This document shows positions 1-8,916 of a stretch of DNA of 53,838 bases, one piece after another. The notes under the pieces are model-generated. The model was not told the origin of the DNA and did no database searches. It was given only the letters and a program-made list of their open reading frames with translations. The stretch's first letter is position 1. The number at the start of each line of letters is the position of its first letter. The DNA is taken from IMG/VR virus record IMGVR_UViG_3300030012_003138, positions 1 to 53,838 of that record. The stretch is one strand, 5' to 3'. This stretch comes from a virus. Taxonomy: Duplodnaviria; Caudoviricetes. Made by a program: the position numbers and the translations under genes.

Positions 1-1
1 A

Positions 2-619
2 CAATCAAGTTTACAATTAAGTTCTAATAACAGCACTGCTGCTAATCGCTCTATCTACCTAAACTCAAGTGGTAACGTAGGTATATCAACCACAAGCCCA
101 GCACATAAGCTGGATGTTGTCGGAACCTACAGGATCTCAGATAATACTACCAACGCTAACAACAAACTGCATAGGATGTTGGGTAGGCACTACACAAATG
201 CGGAGCAGGATGTTAATATCTTCTCCTCAATAAGCACAAGCTCAACTAATTTTATTAGCTTTGGAGGAGGGTCATCAAGCTATAATACAGCGACACATAT
301 CGTATTCTACACAGCTTCTAATAACACATCAACGTATGCAGTTGGTCAGGAGAGATTAAGGATTCATAATAATGGAAATATAGGAATTGCTGTAGGAAGC
401 CCACAACAGAAGTTGGATGTCGATGGGCTTATCAAACAAAAGGTATATACAGCTACTTCATTACCTTCACCAAGCTCTGCTACAAGAGGAGCCAGAGCAT
501 TCGTAAGTGATTCAGCAACAGCATATAACAGTTCTAGTGTTGGATCTGCAATAGGTAGTGGTGGTGGTAGTAATTTCGTACCTGTTTACAGCGATGGTTC
601 AAGTTGGAGAATCGGATAA
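2..619 (+). CDS. Tail fibre protein, C-terminal part (ORF open from window start)
   Basis: Frame is open from base 2 (QSSLQLSSNN...). Contains GNVGISTTSPAHKLDVVG and ERLRIHNNGNIGIAVGSPQQKLDVDG fibre repeats and a terminal VPVYSDGSSWRIG motif. Confidence 0.85.
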   Translation, partial: QSSLQLSSNNSTAANRSIYLNSSGNVGISTTSPAHKLDVVGTYRISDNTTNANNKLHRMLGRHYTNAEQDVNIFSSISTSSTNFISFGGGSSSYNTATHIVFYTASNNTSTYAVGQERLRIHNNGNIGIAVGSPQQKLDVDGLIKQKVYTATSLPSPSSATRGARAFVSDSATAYNSSSVGSAIGSGGGSNFVPVYSDGSSWRIG

Positions 620-627
620 TAAAGTTG

Positions 628-656
628 TTGCAATGACATAAATATGTAATTAATGT
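628..656 (+). promoter_or_regulatory. sigma70-like promoter, near-leaderless
   Basis: TTGCAA-17bp-TAATGT, then 7 nt to the ATG at 664. Confidence 0.45.
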
Positions 657-663
657 TCGTATT

Positions 664-936
664 ATGGACAAAAACGAAGAATCTCAGGAATTAGAAGCTA
701 AGAGTTTTGAATTTAACATTAACGACTTCGATCTGATTAGAAGAGCAGTCAACGCTTTGACCAATTTTGATAGTTGTGGAGGAAATAGACAACTGCTAGC
801 AAGATTTAACATCATAGGATCAAGCCTTGAAAGGCAGGGTCTTGATTGTGGTTTCTTACAAAAGCCTGATGAGGCACAAGAAGAGGAGCCTAAACAGGAA
901 TCCAGTGAGCCAGTCGAAGCAGAGGTAGTGCAATAA
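664..936 (+). CDS. Hypothetical protein downstream of tail fibre
   Basis: 90-aa ORF with an acidic tail, coupled to the next gene by a TAATG overlap. Confidence 0.6.
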   Translation: MDKNEESQELEAKSFEFNINDFDLIRRAVNALTNFDSCGGNRQLLARFNIIGSSLERQGLDCGFLQKPDEAQEEEPKQESSEPVEAEVVQ

Positions 937-1547
937 TGAAGTTTTATGTAGAGGTTGACAATGATGACCATATAGCTGGGATCACTAAGGCTAGGGAAGC
1001 ATATAATGCAGCCTTACCTCAGATTGATAACCCTGATTATGTGGAACCTGATCTAAGGGAAAAAATTGAAAACCCTGATTACGTGCCACCACAGGGTGAT
1101 CCACTAATTGAAAATCCTGACCATGTGCCAGCAAGAGAAGCTATAGGTGAGCCTCTCATAATGAATCCTAATTATGTACAGGCAATCGAAGCTGTAGGAC
1201 ACCCACAGATACCTAATCCTGATTATGATGAGGAAGATGAGGATTCTGAAGAGTTCATAGACAACCCTGATTACGTTCCTGCATCAGACGCTGTAGGGGA
1301 AGAGATGATGGCTAACCCTGATTATGTAGCAGCTACTGAGGCTGAAGGGGAGACAATGATTGAGAATCCCGATTATGTAGAAGCAGTTGGCGAACCTTTA
1401 ATTGATAACCCTGATTATACTGAAGGTACTCCAGACCTTCCAAAGATGATTGATGATGAAGGCTTTACAGAAGATAAAGACTACATAAAGTGGGTTATTG
1501 AGAAGGCTGCTGAGAGTTATGCCAAGGAATTTGGTATTATTGAATAA
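936..1547 (+). CDS. Acidic NPDY-repeat protein
   Basis: Nine I-x-N-P-[DN]-[YH] repeats between two helical segments. Confidence 0.8.
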   Translation: MKFYVEVDNDDHIAGITKAREAYNAALPQIDNPDYVEPDLREKIENPDYVPPQGDPLIENPDHVPAREAIGEPLIMNPNYVQAIEAVGHPQIPNPDYDEEDEDSEEFIDNPDYVPASDAVGEEMMANPDYVAATEAEGETMIENPDYVEAVGEPLIDNPDYTEGTPDLPKMIDDEGFTEDKDYIKWVIEKAAESYAKEFGIIE

Positions 1548-1568
1548 GTATGATATATTGCTCGCTTT

Positions 1569-1742
1569 ATGAGCAATAGCGAAATAGTAGCTAAAGGTGT
1601 TACAGGAGTGACTGGCTCTCTGATAGCAGTCACGATTCCTTATGCAGAAGTCATTCAATGGGGCATTCAAGTCGTTGGAGGACTCTTAGGTATCACTGTA
1701 GCTATAATAACTTTATATAATTTAATTAAGAAAAAGAAATGA
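1569..1742 (+). CDS. Small two-TM membrane protein, holin/antiholin candidate (not in ORF track)
   Basis: Translates to MSNSEIVAKGVTGVTGSLIAVTIPYAEVIQWGIQVVGGLLGITVAIITLYNLIKKKK. Preceded by TTGGTA-17-TATATT. Confidence 0.7.
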   Translation: MSNSEIVAKGVTGVTGSLIAVTIPYAEVIQWGIQVVGGLLGITVAIITLYNLIKKKK

Positions 1743-1903
1743 ATAAACAAGCAATATTAGGCATTATTCGTCATATGTTAACTTTCGGTGGTGGTTTTAT
1801 GACACAAAATGGCATGGCTTCTGGCGAAGAAGTTACTACTGGTGTATCGGCAGCAGTCACTCTTGTGGGTGTTATATGGTCAATTTTATCTAAAAAGAAG
1901 TAA
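1739..1903 (+). CDS. Putative holin, Pam3-gp28-like (not in ORF track)
   Basis: Translates to MNKQAILGIIRHMLTFGGGFMTQNG...AAVTLVGVIWSILSKKK, with an RHxLTxxGG motif, two hydrophobic segments and a basic C-tail. ATGA overlap with the previous gene. Confidence 0.75.
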   Translation: MNKQAILGIIRHMLTFGGGFMTQNGMASGEEVTTGVSAAVTLVGVIWSILSKKK

Positions 1904-1904
1904 A

Positions 1905-2027
1905 ATGCCTTTTAGTAAATATTCAAAAAAACAAAAAAAGTTAGCTTCTATAGCGGAACCAAGAGATAAAATAACTAAAGCTGATTTTATAAAAATTAAT
2001 CTAAAAAAGAAAAATAATAAAAAGTGA
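1905..2027 (+). CDS. Small basic protein
   Basis: MPFSKYSKKQKKLASIAEPRDKITKADF..., starting 1 nt after the holin stop. Confidence 0.55.
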   Translation: MPFSKYSKKQKKLASIAEPRDKITKADFIKINLKKKNNKK

Positions 2028-2218
2028 GGAACTTTTTCCGCATAATTGTATTAGCGTTAGAAGCTTATGTGAATTATACTAGGTCTAAACAACGGAAATA
2101 CGTATATGACCTTGAAGATGAAGTTGATCGCCTTGCTGCTGATGGTAGCCCTGCTGCCAAGTTGCAACTTGAGCGACTTAGCGGGCGACTCCAGATTGAA
2201 CGAAAGCGCAATATATGA
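2024..2218 (+). CDS. Possible i-spanin-like helical protein
   Basis: Short hydrophobic N-terminus and a helical charged body. Overlaps a lipoprotein ORF in another frame inside the lysis cassette. Confidence 0.4.
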   Translation: MRNFFRIIVLALEAYVNYTRSKQRKYVYDLEDEVDRLAADGSPAAKLQLERLSGRLQIERKRNI

Positions 2219-2375
2219 TCCACCTACGATTAGCCTTATAAAAGGCTACGATTATCCGTTTGTAGAGGGTAATCTCATGGGTCGTGGTCAGAAGTTCCAT
2301 AGTGATTTTTCGTACAGACGTGCTATAATTATAGGTAATGATAGCAATCTGCGTAGGACACTCTCGACCAAATGA
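2106..2375 (+). CDS. Lipoprotein, o-spanin (Rz1-like) candidate
   Basis: Signal peptide MKLIALLLMVALLPS|C with a lipobox-like Cys, located immediately before the endolysin. Confidence 0.5.
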   Translation: MTLKMKLIALLLMVALLPSCNLSDLAGDSRLNESAIYDPPTISLIKGYDYPFVEGNLMGRGQKFHSDFSYRRAIIIGNDSNLRRTLSTK

Positions 2376-2892
2376 TTCAGGTGCAGCCTCAGTAACTGGA
2401 GTCACTGAATGGGATTACAATTCGGAGCTTGCCGAGATGATTGGCAAGGAACTAAAACAACCATATAAGGTTTACCACACCTATAAAGGTGGGAGTTATG
2501 TCACTGCTATGCGGTGGTTAGCTCGTAAACTCGATGAAGATCGTGTAGACACAGCCGTTGAATTGCATTTCAACGCAGCAACACCCAAAGCAACAGGCCA
2601 TGAATGGTTACACTGGCACACCTCTGAGAAAGGAAGATTACTTGCACGTACACTAAGGGATTCTTTTGAAGACTCTTTCCCTCTATTTAGGAGTAGGGGA
2701 ATTAAGCCACGTAAAAAAGGAAGTAGAGGAGCTTACTTTCTACGTGCGACCTCAATGCCCGCCTGTATCGCAGAACCATTTTTTGGGACTAATAAAGAAG
2801 ATTGGGATTTAGCTGTAAATAGTAAACAAGGAATGGCCTCTGCTATAGCAGGGGGGATCAAATTATATTCGGAGCTTGTGGAAAGGTGGTAA
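2338..2892 (+). CDS. Endolysin, N-acetylmuramoyl-L-alanine amidase (Amidase_3)
   Basis: Zn and catalytic motifs: VGH, E (EWDYN), ELHFNA, LR...PACIAEPFF. Confidence 0.9.
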   Translation: MIAICVGHSRPNDSGAASVTGVTEWDYNSELAEMIGKELKQPYKVYHTYKGGSYVTAMRWLARKLDEDRVDTAVELHFNAATPKATGHEWLHWHTSEKGRLLARTLRDSFEDSFPLFRSRGIKPRKKGSRGAYFLRATSMPACIAEPFFGTNKEDWDLAVNSKQGMASAIAGGIKLYSELVERW

Positions 2893-3196
2893 TGTGGAAC
2901 TCCCAAAGACAGTTTCTATTGCTGGCAGACGAGTAAAGCTTGCCTTAGTTCCCTTTAATGGGGACAGCCCTGACTACGGATTATATCTACACGACAAGAA
3001 AACTATTGAGATAAATAATACTCTCAAAGGTAAAGCCCTTATACACACCATAAGGCATGAAATGATGGAGGCTAGTTTATTACTGAGCGGTGTAGGGTGG
3101 TTAGAGAACTATGATCAAGAGGCTATTGTCCGTTGCATGGAGGAGATATTCTTCCCTGCATGGGAGGCGTTCCTCAAACGAATAAACCAAGATTGA
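2892..3196 (+). CDS. Hypothetical protein, degenerate zincin-like
   Basis: YG.Y..DKKTIEI...TIRHEMMEA resembles small phage metallopeptidase-like folds with HExxH altered to HExxE. The ATG at 2892 is not in this frame, so the start (GTG at 2876 or 2894) is uncertain. Confidence 0.45.
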
Positions 3197-3197
3197 T

Positions 3198-3728
3198 TTG
3201 GCTAAAAATAAAAAACGATTCAAGGTCGAGGACAACTTTGTTGTTTACCGACCCACGAGCGAAGACTTAGTTATCGCTCACAAACGCTCTTGTAAATTAG
3301 GAGTGTTACCTAACTCATTTACTCAGGGTTTAGGGCGCATGGCAGGATACTTAGGAGAGATAGCAGTACAAAAATATTTGAAGAGGAGTAAGTATGTAGG
3401 TGACTCCGTGTATACACATGATATTGAGTACAAGAAAAGAAAGATAGAAGTTAAATCAAAGTCTTGTGCTACTCCTCCAAAATCTCATTACTCTGCTTCT
3501 GTTAATTGTAAGAAGCAGTTCATGCCCGACAACGACGTTTATTTTTTCACTAGAGTTCGTAAGGATTTCATGGTTGTTTGGATTGTAGGTTGGTTACCTA
3601 CTACAAAACTATTGAAGGAAGCTGAGTATAAACAAAGAGGAGATAAAGATACTGATGGCTTTGTGTACAAAACCTCTGGTCTACATATTGATATAGGTGA
3701 TCTAAACTCACCTACGTTATTTCAATAA
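3198..3728 (+). CDS. PD-(D/E)XK-like nuclease-fold protein
   Basis: GYLGE...HDIEY...IEVKSK motif. Confidence 0.55.
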   Translation: MAKNKKRFKVEDNFVVYRPTSEDLVIAHKRSCKLGVLPNSFTQGLGRMAGYLGEIAVQKYLKRSKYVGDSVYTHDIEYKKRKIEVKSKSCATPPKSHYSASVNCKKQFMPDNDVYFFTRVRKDFMVVWIVGWLPTTKLLKEAEYKQRGDKDTDGFVYKTSGLHIDIGDLNSPTLFQ

Positions 3729-3988
3729 GTTTCTTCAGGTGTAGATATAAAGATAGGATACCCTTCACCTCTTGACCCTGCTACATTAACCCAAAAATAT
3801 TCTTCGGCTTCATCAGGTTTCATTTCTTTAGCTAATATTTCTATACATTTTTCTATAGAGTATACAGCCCTTGTGGGGTCTTCATCGAGTGCGACTCCAA
3901 TAAAAGCGTCATCAAAGCCATCAGGAACTATAACAGATTCACTCGGCACTACCGTCTCACAGAACTCGTTTATTTCATCTCTAGTCAT
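3722..3988 (-). CDS. Conserved small phage protein (DGFDDAFIG type)
   Basis: DGFDDAFIGV...AVYS...C..IL...EEAEEYF..NV.G....G.PIF. Confidence 0.7.
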   Translation of the reverse strand: MTRDEINEFCETVVPSESVIVPDGFDDAFIGVALDEDPTRAVYSIEKCIEILAKEMKPDEAEEYFWVNVAGSRGEGYPIFISTPEETY

Positions 3989-6200
3989 CAGAGCTACTAA
4001 TACCCCATTTAGAATCTAAATCAATAGTATAAATTTTAAGGTTATTTTTGTATACGGATGTTATAGGACGTATATCTTTTTCTGCTTTACTCGCTTCTTC
4101 AAGTGATTGCATGCTACGAAGCATCCATTCAGTATTACTTGTTAATGTGTTCAAAGGCTTTCCTCCATTTAGGTCTTGTATCTTAGCCATTAATTTAAAG
4201 ACTGTACCGCTCCATGTAGGTTTAGCGTAACCATATTCTTTTAAGTTTTCTACAAAAAATTCTATAGCTTCAATTATGACAGATCTATTTGAGTTAGCAA
4301 AAGCAGCCGTATCTATTTCAGGGTCTATGTAGGATTTTATACCAAACCTTGAATTACCTTTTATGTGCTTTGGCACTTTATATTCTAATAACCATTGTGC
4401 AAAGTAAGGCATTTCTTCGTCTAATGTGCTTTCTATAATAGTGTTACTAACTTCTTCTACGTCAAGTAGTTTAGCAAAATCACTAGTAGCCTTGTCCGAT
4501 ATCCGTAAAGCAATTATCTTATCCCGATTACTTGAGTCAAGGGCAGGGATAACTGATAGACTGGTTGCGTCCATGTTCAAAGACATAATCACCCTACCAC
4601 TCCAACTTATCGTAATAGTATCTTGGAATTTAGCTTGGTATTCTATTCTTGGGTTAGCTGTTGCTTTTTTAATTAGCTCAGTAGCTCTTCGCCTTTCTGC
4701 AAAAGAAGCAGCCGAAGTTGTATCATCGATAACCCAAGCAGCTACTCTACCTAATTCTTTGTTAAATTTACTATCTCCACTAAGGTAATCAGAAGCGTCA
4801 GCAAAACCACCAAGTAAACCCCCAATCAATTTGTTAGAAAGTAAAGATTTACCTTTATTTGTTGGGCCAACTAATATTAATGCGTGTCCTTGTTTAGCTT
4901 CTTTATAAAGAACTGCTGAGTATATCCGCTGTAGCCAAGCATAAAAATAGTCTAAAGAATCATCATCTTTAAAAAATTGAGTTAACCATTTATCTATAAA
5001 AGGCCATTTAGACTTATCACTTTCTCCCGCAGGGGGTGTAGCTTTTAAAGTACTTGTGTTAAGTATTCTATTTGGCCCTGAATCTACTATTGTACGTGAG
5101 TCAAATATTATAGGGGCAATCTCATCAATTCTACTATCTCTTTGAATAGTAAGTATAGCACTTTCTAATTCACTAAGTTTTTGATTTCTGCGTTGTCTTT
5201 TTTCAAAACCCGCCTGTCTTAATTCTAATTTTAATTGGTCTTTATCTATCAAACAAGCCCTCTCATCAATTAAAGTGTAGAATGCTTTACCCGTATACCA
5301 ATACTTCTCAATCAAAAACTCTAATTTTTTGTCCTCATATTCTTCCACAAATTTTGGGCCAAATATTTCTTTCCAAGTTAAAAAGTCTTTAGCTGCTCGT
5401 GTAGACCAACATTGAATTCCTTCGGGGAGTACCTGACACCCTTCTCTTTCTATACCATCGTCGATCCAAAAAAGTGGGCCTCTAGAACCTACGTTAAAAG
5501 GGCCAGTCCACCTGTTTTTATATTTGGGGTTTGTCCTAACTTCTTCTTCAACAACTTCTAATGGTATTGTTAAAGCGTTTGGTGCTTGTGGTGGGTTATC
5601 TAACCCCGCTTTTATAAGTAGTTTTTTGCATACACTATGGGGGATTTTTTTTCCTGTATCTTTAATTATTTCACCTAAATAAAAATACTGAGATGATTTC
5701 AAAGAAGATTTATCGAAACCTTGGTACAGAGCATCTACTTTGAATTTATCAGCAATTTTACGTATAAAAGAAGGATGTATTTGAGAACCAACAGGAAGCC
5801 TTTCTTCAAATTCAAAAGCAAGTCTCAAGTATCCTGAAGGAGTCTTAGTAATAAGCGTAGGTGGGAAGTCACCGCATTTAGCTAGTATTTCATCTACGAT
5901 AGTACCCCAATCAACATCCACATTGTCGTATTCAACAACAAACCCCCACATCGCACATATAGGGTTATCTTCTGTGATGCGTAAAGAAGCAATGTAACCC
6001 TCTGCTAAACTATAATAAGCATAGTCAGTATCAGGGTGAGCATTCCAAGAGCTTCTTTGTTTCTTATTTGTAAATTTTTTAGGTGTTAATTTTAATTCTG
6101 TGATCGAGTTGCAACTATATACACTGGAGCTTGATAGGTTTTTTAAATATCTGTATCGCATTTTATTTTTCGTATTTATCCAAAACTTTGCCTTCAGCAT
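3981..6200 (-). CDS. Primase-helicase (SF3/D5-like, DUF5906-type C-terminal NTPase)
   Basis: Walker A GPTNKGKS, Walker B WVIDD, motif C MSLN. N-terminal primase-like region (VEYDN, TPSGYLR). Likely start at MRYRY (6161). Confidence 0.8.
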   Translation of the reverse strand: MLKAKFWINTKNKMRYRYLKNLSSSSVYSCNSITELKLTPKKFTNKKQRSSWNAHPDTDYAYYSLAEGYIASLRITEDNPICAMWGFVVEYDNVDVDWGTIVDEILAKCGDFPPTLITKTPSGYLRLAFEFEERLPVGSQIHPSFIRKIADKFKVDALYQGFDKSSLKSSQYFYLGEIIKDTGKKIPHSVCKKLLIKAGLDNPPQAPNALTIPLEVVEEEVRTNPKYKNRWTGPFNVGSRGPLFWIDDGIEREGCQVLPEGIQCWSTRAAKDFLTWKEIFGPKFVEEYEDKKLEFLIEKYWYTGKAFYTLIDERACLIDKDQLKLELRQAGFEKRQRRNQKLSELESAILTIQRDSRIDEIAPIIFDSRTIVDSGPNRILNTSTLKATPPAGESDKSKWPFIDKWLTQFFKDDDSLDYFYAWLQRIYSAVLYKEAKQGHALILVGPTNKGKSLLSNKLIGGLLGGFADASDYLSGDSKFNKELGRVAAWVIDDTTSAASFAERRRATELIKKATANPRIEYQAKFQDTITISWSGRVIMSLNMDATSLSVIPALDSSNRDKIIALRISDKATSDFAKLLDVEEVSNTIIESTLDEEMPYFAQWLLEYKVPKHIKGNSRFGIKSYIDPEIDTAAFANSNRSVIIEAIEFFVENLKEYGYAKPTWSGTVFKLMAKIQDLNGGKPLNTLTSNTEWMLRSMQSLEEASKAEKDIRPITSVYKNNLKIYTIDLDSKWGISSSDD

Positions 6201-7926
6201 CTAGGGGGATTTCAGGCAACCACTTTGGTGGGGTTCTCATTTCATTTATAACACGACTCAAAGTTTCCTCTGCGTCTTTTTCGTCCACTTCTATGACAAC
6301 TTCGTCATGCACGTGGAAAATGATATCCATCCCTTTGTTTTCGAGGCGGGTGAGTATATCAGAAAATATGTCTCGTGCAAGTGCTTGAGAAGCGTTTTCT
6401 GTTAAAAGACCTCCGTACAATTTTACAGGCATCTTTTTCGCTCCTTTAGCTACTAAACCAATATAATTTCTACGCCCGTATTGGAGCATGGTTTGGATAG
6501 CTCCGTAGTTAAGTGTACGCCCTGATGGTAATTCTATTGTAAAATCGTGTCCTAATGAATAAGCTACGTGTAAATTCCTTTGTAGTTTGTTCCAAAGGGC
6601 CACAACTCGTTTCATTTTTGTTCTGTATAATTTTACTGCCTTGACAGCTTCCGCTTCATCCATTCCAGAAATCAAAGCAAATTTTTTAGCTGATACAGAG
6701 TAGCCACAACCAAGAACCATTGTTTTTACTAGGTGACGTAGCGATGGGTCTTGATCTTTTAGAATGCCTTTCGATTTATCCCATTTGTCGAAACGTATTG
6801 CAAACGCTTCATAAATATCATCACTGTTTTTTATCTCTTCTAAAGAATCTTGGTCTTCTGCTAACCAACATAACGTCCTGACTTCTATTTGAGAAAGATC
6901 TACAACAACTAATTTATTGCCTTTTTTTGGTGATATTAAGCTTCTTAAATCAATACCGAACATTTCACCTCTCGGCAAGTTTTGTAGGTTTAAGTTACCT
7001 CCACTACCACTAAATCTACCTGTATGCGCTCCGTGATATAAAATACCCCCATAGTATCTATGATCGGACATTGTAGCATATTCAAAAGCTTCAAGCTTTC
7101 TTTTAAGTGAGTTCATCCTACGGTAGTCACGGACAGCGGAAATCCACTTGTACTTATCTTGATTTTCTTCGATCCATTTATTAGCTTCTTCGTCGGTAAG
7201 AGCTAAACTAGCAGGAGGTTCTAAGCCTTCTTTTTTGCATTCTTCATTGAAGGCTTTTCTAGATAGAATTGGTTTTTCATTTACCCAAGGGATATTGTTT
7301 TTAGCATCAAATAAAGTCTTATTAATTTTTATTAAATAGGTTTTCAATAGTTTAGTATCTATAGGGATGCCTCTTTGAACACATCTCCTGTTAGCAAGAC
7401 TTATGTTTTGCTCTTGTTTGGGCCAATCTTTTTCTAAGTCTTGCCATAATTTTAGGCATAGCTCCGAGTCTTTTAATGCGTATTCATCAACTTGTTTTTG
7501 GAAATCTTTAGACATACTAGACCATTTTTTGCCTGACATATTGTCCCTTGTAGATTTATCTACTTCTAAATTATACAAAGTCGTTGTAGCCCCTTTTAAC
7601 GACCTTGGCAAACCACAATAAGCAGCTAGGTCTGCGGTGCATACCCAATCCTCATACTCAAATTTAGGCCACCAGTTTTGGTCAACTCCATACAGGTAAA
7701 GTGTTTCATCGAACTGAGCGTTATGTGAGAGTACTCGATTGCCTGTTATCACACTCCAATCAAATTCTTTTTTAGGACAACCTACAAAACTTGTGCCTTC
7801 GTCCCCAACAGCACTGACTCGATAAGCATCAAAATCGCTGTGACTAAAGTAACCCAATAAACCTAAAGTTTTTACTGAGCAATCTTTATCGTAGTAAGTC
7901 TCAAAATCTATAGCAATAGTTTTCAT
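6163..7926 (-). CDS. polA: Family A DNA polymerase with 3'-5' exonuclease
   Basis: Exo I DFETY, HNAQFD, HTGRFSG..NLQNLP, motif A DLSQIEVR, motif B RHLVKTMVLGCGY, motif C HVHDE. Start taken at MKTIAIDFE. Confidence 0.95.
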   Translation of the reverse strand: MKTIAIDFETYYDKDCSVKTLGLLGYFSHSDFDAYRVSAVGDEGTSFVGCPKKEFDWSVITGNRVLSHNAQFDETLYLYGVDQNWWPKFEYEDWVCTADLAAYCGLPRSLKGATTTLYNLEVDKSTRDNMSGKKWSSMSKDFQKQVDEYALKDSELCLKLWQDLEKDWPKQEQNISLANRRCVQRGIPIDTKLLKTYLIKINKTLFDAKNNIPWVNEKPILSRKAFNEECKKEGLEPPASLALTDEEANKWIEENQDKYKWISAVRDYRRMNSLKRKLEAFEYATMSDHRYYGGILYHGAHTGRFSGSGGNLNLQNLPRGEMFGIDLRSLISPKKGNKLVVVDLSQIEVRTLCWLAEDQDSLEEIKNSDDIYEAFAIRFDKWDKSKGILKDQDPSLRHLVKTMVLGCGYSVSAKKFALISGMDEAEAVKAVKLYRTKMKRVVALWNKLQRNLHVAYSLGHDFTIELPSGRTLNYGAIQTMLQYGRRNYIGLVAKGAKKMPVKLYGGLLTENASQALARDIFSDILTRLENKGMDIIFHVHDEVVIEVDEKDAEETLSRVINEMRTPPKWLPEIPLDAEGKVLDKYEK

Positions 7927-7941
7927 AATTTTTGATGAGTT

Positions 7942-8015
7942 GTCCACCTACGTGAAACCTATGACACGTAGGTGGACTCCCCCATTTCGTATTGCGGAAC
8001 TCCTACCGCTTACGA
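7942..8015 (-). promoter_or_regulatory. Two hairpins in the polA leader
   Basis: Perfect 13-bp inverted repeat GTCCACCTACGTG/CACGTAGGTGGAC (7942-7977), plus a TCGTA..GCGG/CCGC..TACGA stem. Confidence 0.55.
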
Positions 8016-8017
8016 GA

Positions 8018-8218
8018 TTATATTAGTTCAGGCTGAGATGCCTTTAACACCTTTAAGTTTTTGATCTGAGCTTCAAAAGCTTCAGTTGTTGCTATCATCT
8101 TAGTATCAGAGGATTCTAACTCTTCTATTTTAGAAGTGATTTCTTCTCTAATTTTGCGTACTTGCTCAAGTTCACTTTCAAGATGTGCTATCTTTATATC
8201 TAGATCAATATTACTCAT
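8018..8218 (-). CDS. Coiled-coil hypothetical protein
   Basis: 66-aa ORF with a heptad pattern, within the operon. Confidence 0.6.
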   Translation of the reverse strand: MSNIDLDIKIAHLESELEQVRKIREEITSKIEELESSDTKMIATTEAFEAQIKNLKVLKASQPELI

Positions 8219-8220
8219 AA

Positions 8221-8877
8221 TTAAGAAGGGATAATTCTAGATACAAAATCAATAACTTGTGGATCGGTATCAACCTTAGTTACAGTCATTTGTGGTATGT
8301 ACCAACTGACTCTGTTAGCCGTAGCTTGATCTGCCTGAAAATTCCAGTGTTTTGCACACAGTGGAGCATCTGGATTCATTGCTTGAAATAGCCCAAGTCT
8401 CTTGAACGTATTTCTGTATGCTGCCTTACGTACATGAAGCTTACCCATTGCATAAGAGGTATCTCCTATTGGGAAAGGAAATGCATCAACAGCTTCTTCC
8501 GATATTTTTGCAGGTTCAGGGATAAGTAGGGTTACATCAGCAAACTCAATCGTACCGAAGTCCGAATCCTCTTCTATTGCTTGTTTCTCATCTGCCGTAT
8601 AAGCAACTCTCGCTACTTCGTTAGAACCGAATGGTACGTTTTCTGCCCACCCTTTTGCTGCCGTAATTGGAATAACAGATATTGTTTCACCTGTAGGCAT
8701 AATAGTGTGGGTTCTATTGATAACGAGCGCACCCTCGTCACCGTCGATTTCCGAAGATCCTTGTATAACATTAAGTCTTGGAATCTCGATATCTTCTGCT
8801 GATATCGCAAGCCTTGGAGCAGCTACTGGAGCTGCGAGTTCTTCTTTTTTAGCTTCTACTAATTTAGTCTTGGACAT
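8221..8877 (-). CDS. Putative single-stranded DNA-binding protein
   Basis: Lies between the DUF2800 nuclease and polA. DIEIPRLNVIQ..S N-terminal motif and a beta-rich body. Function inferred from context. Confidence 0.5.
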   Translation of the reverse strand: MSKTKLVEAKKEELAAPVAAPRLAISAEDIEIPRLNVIQGSSEIDGDEGALVINRTHTIMPTGETISVIPITAAKGWAENVPFGSNEVARVAYTADEKQAIEEDSDFGTIEFADVTLLIPEPAKISEEAVDAFPFPIGDTSYAMGKLHVRKAAYRNTFKRLGLFQAMNPDAPLCAKHWNFQADQATANRVSWYIPQMTVTKVDTDPQVIDFVSRIIPS

Positions 8878-8916
8878 GGCCTTAATTTTGGTTTTGGTCT
8901 TAGTTTTATTTTAGTT

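Noticed and set aside
1809-1904. N-terminal extension of ORF 1809..2027
   Set aside because: It overlaps the better-supported holin in another frame. The ATG at 1905 is the more plausible start.
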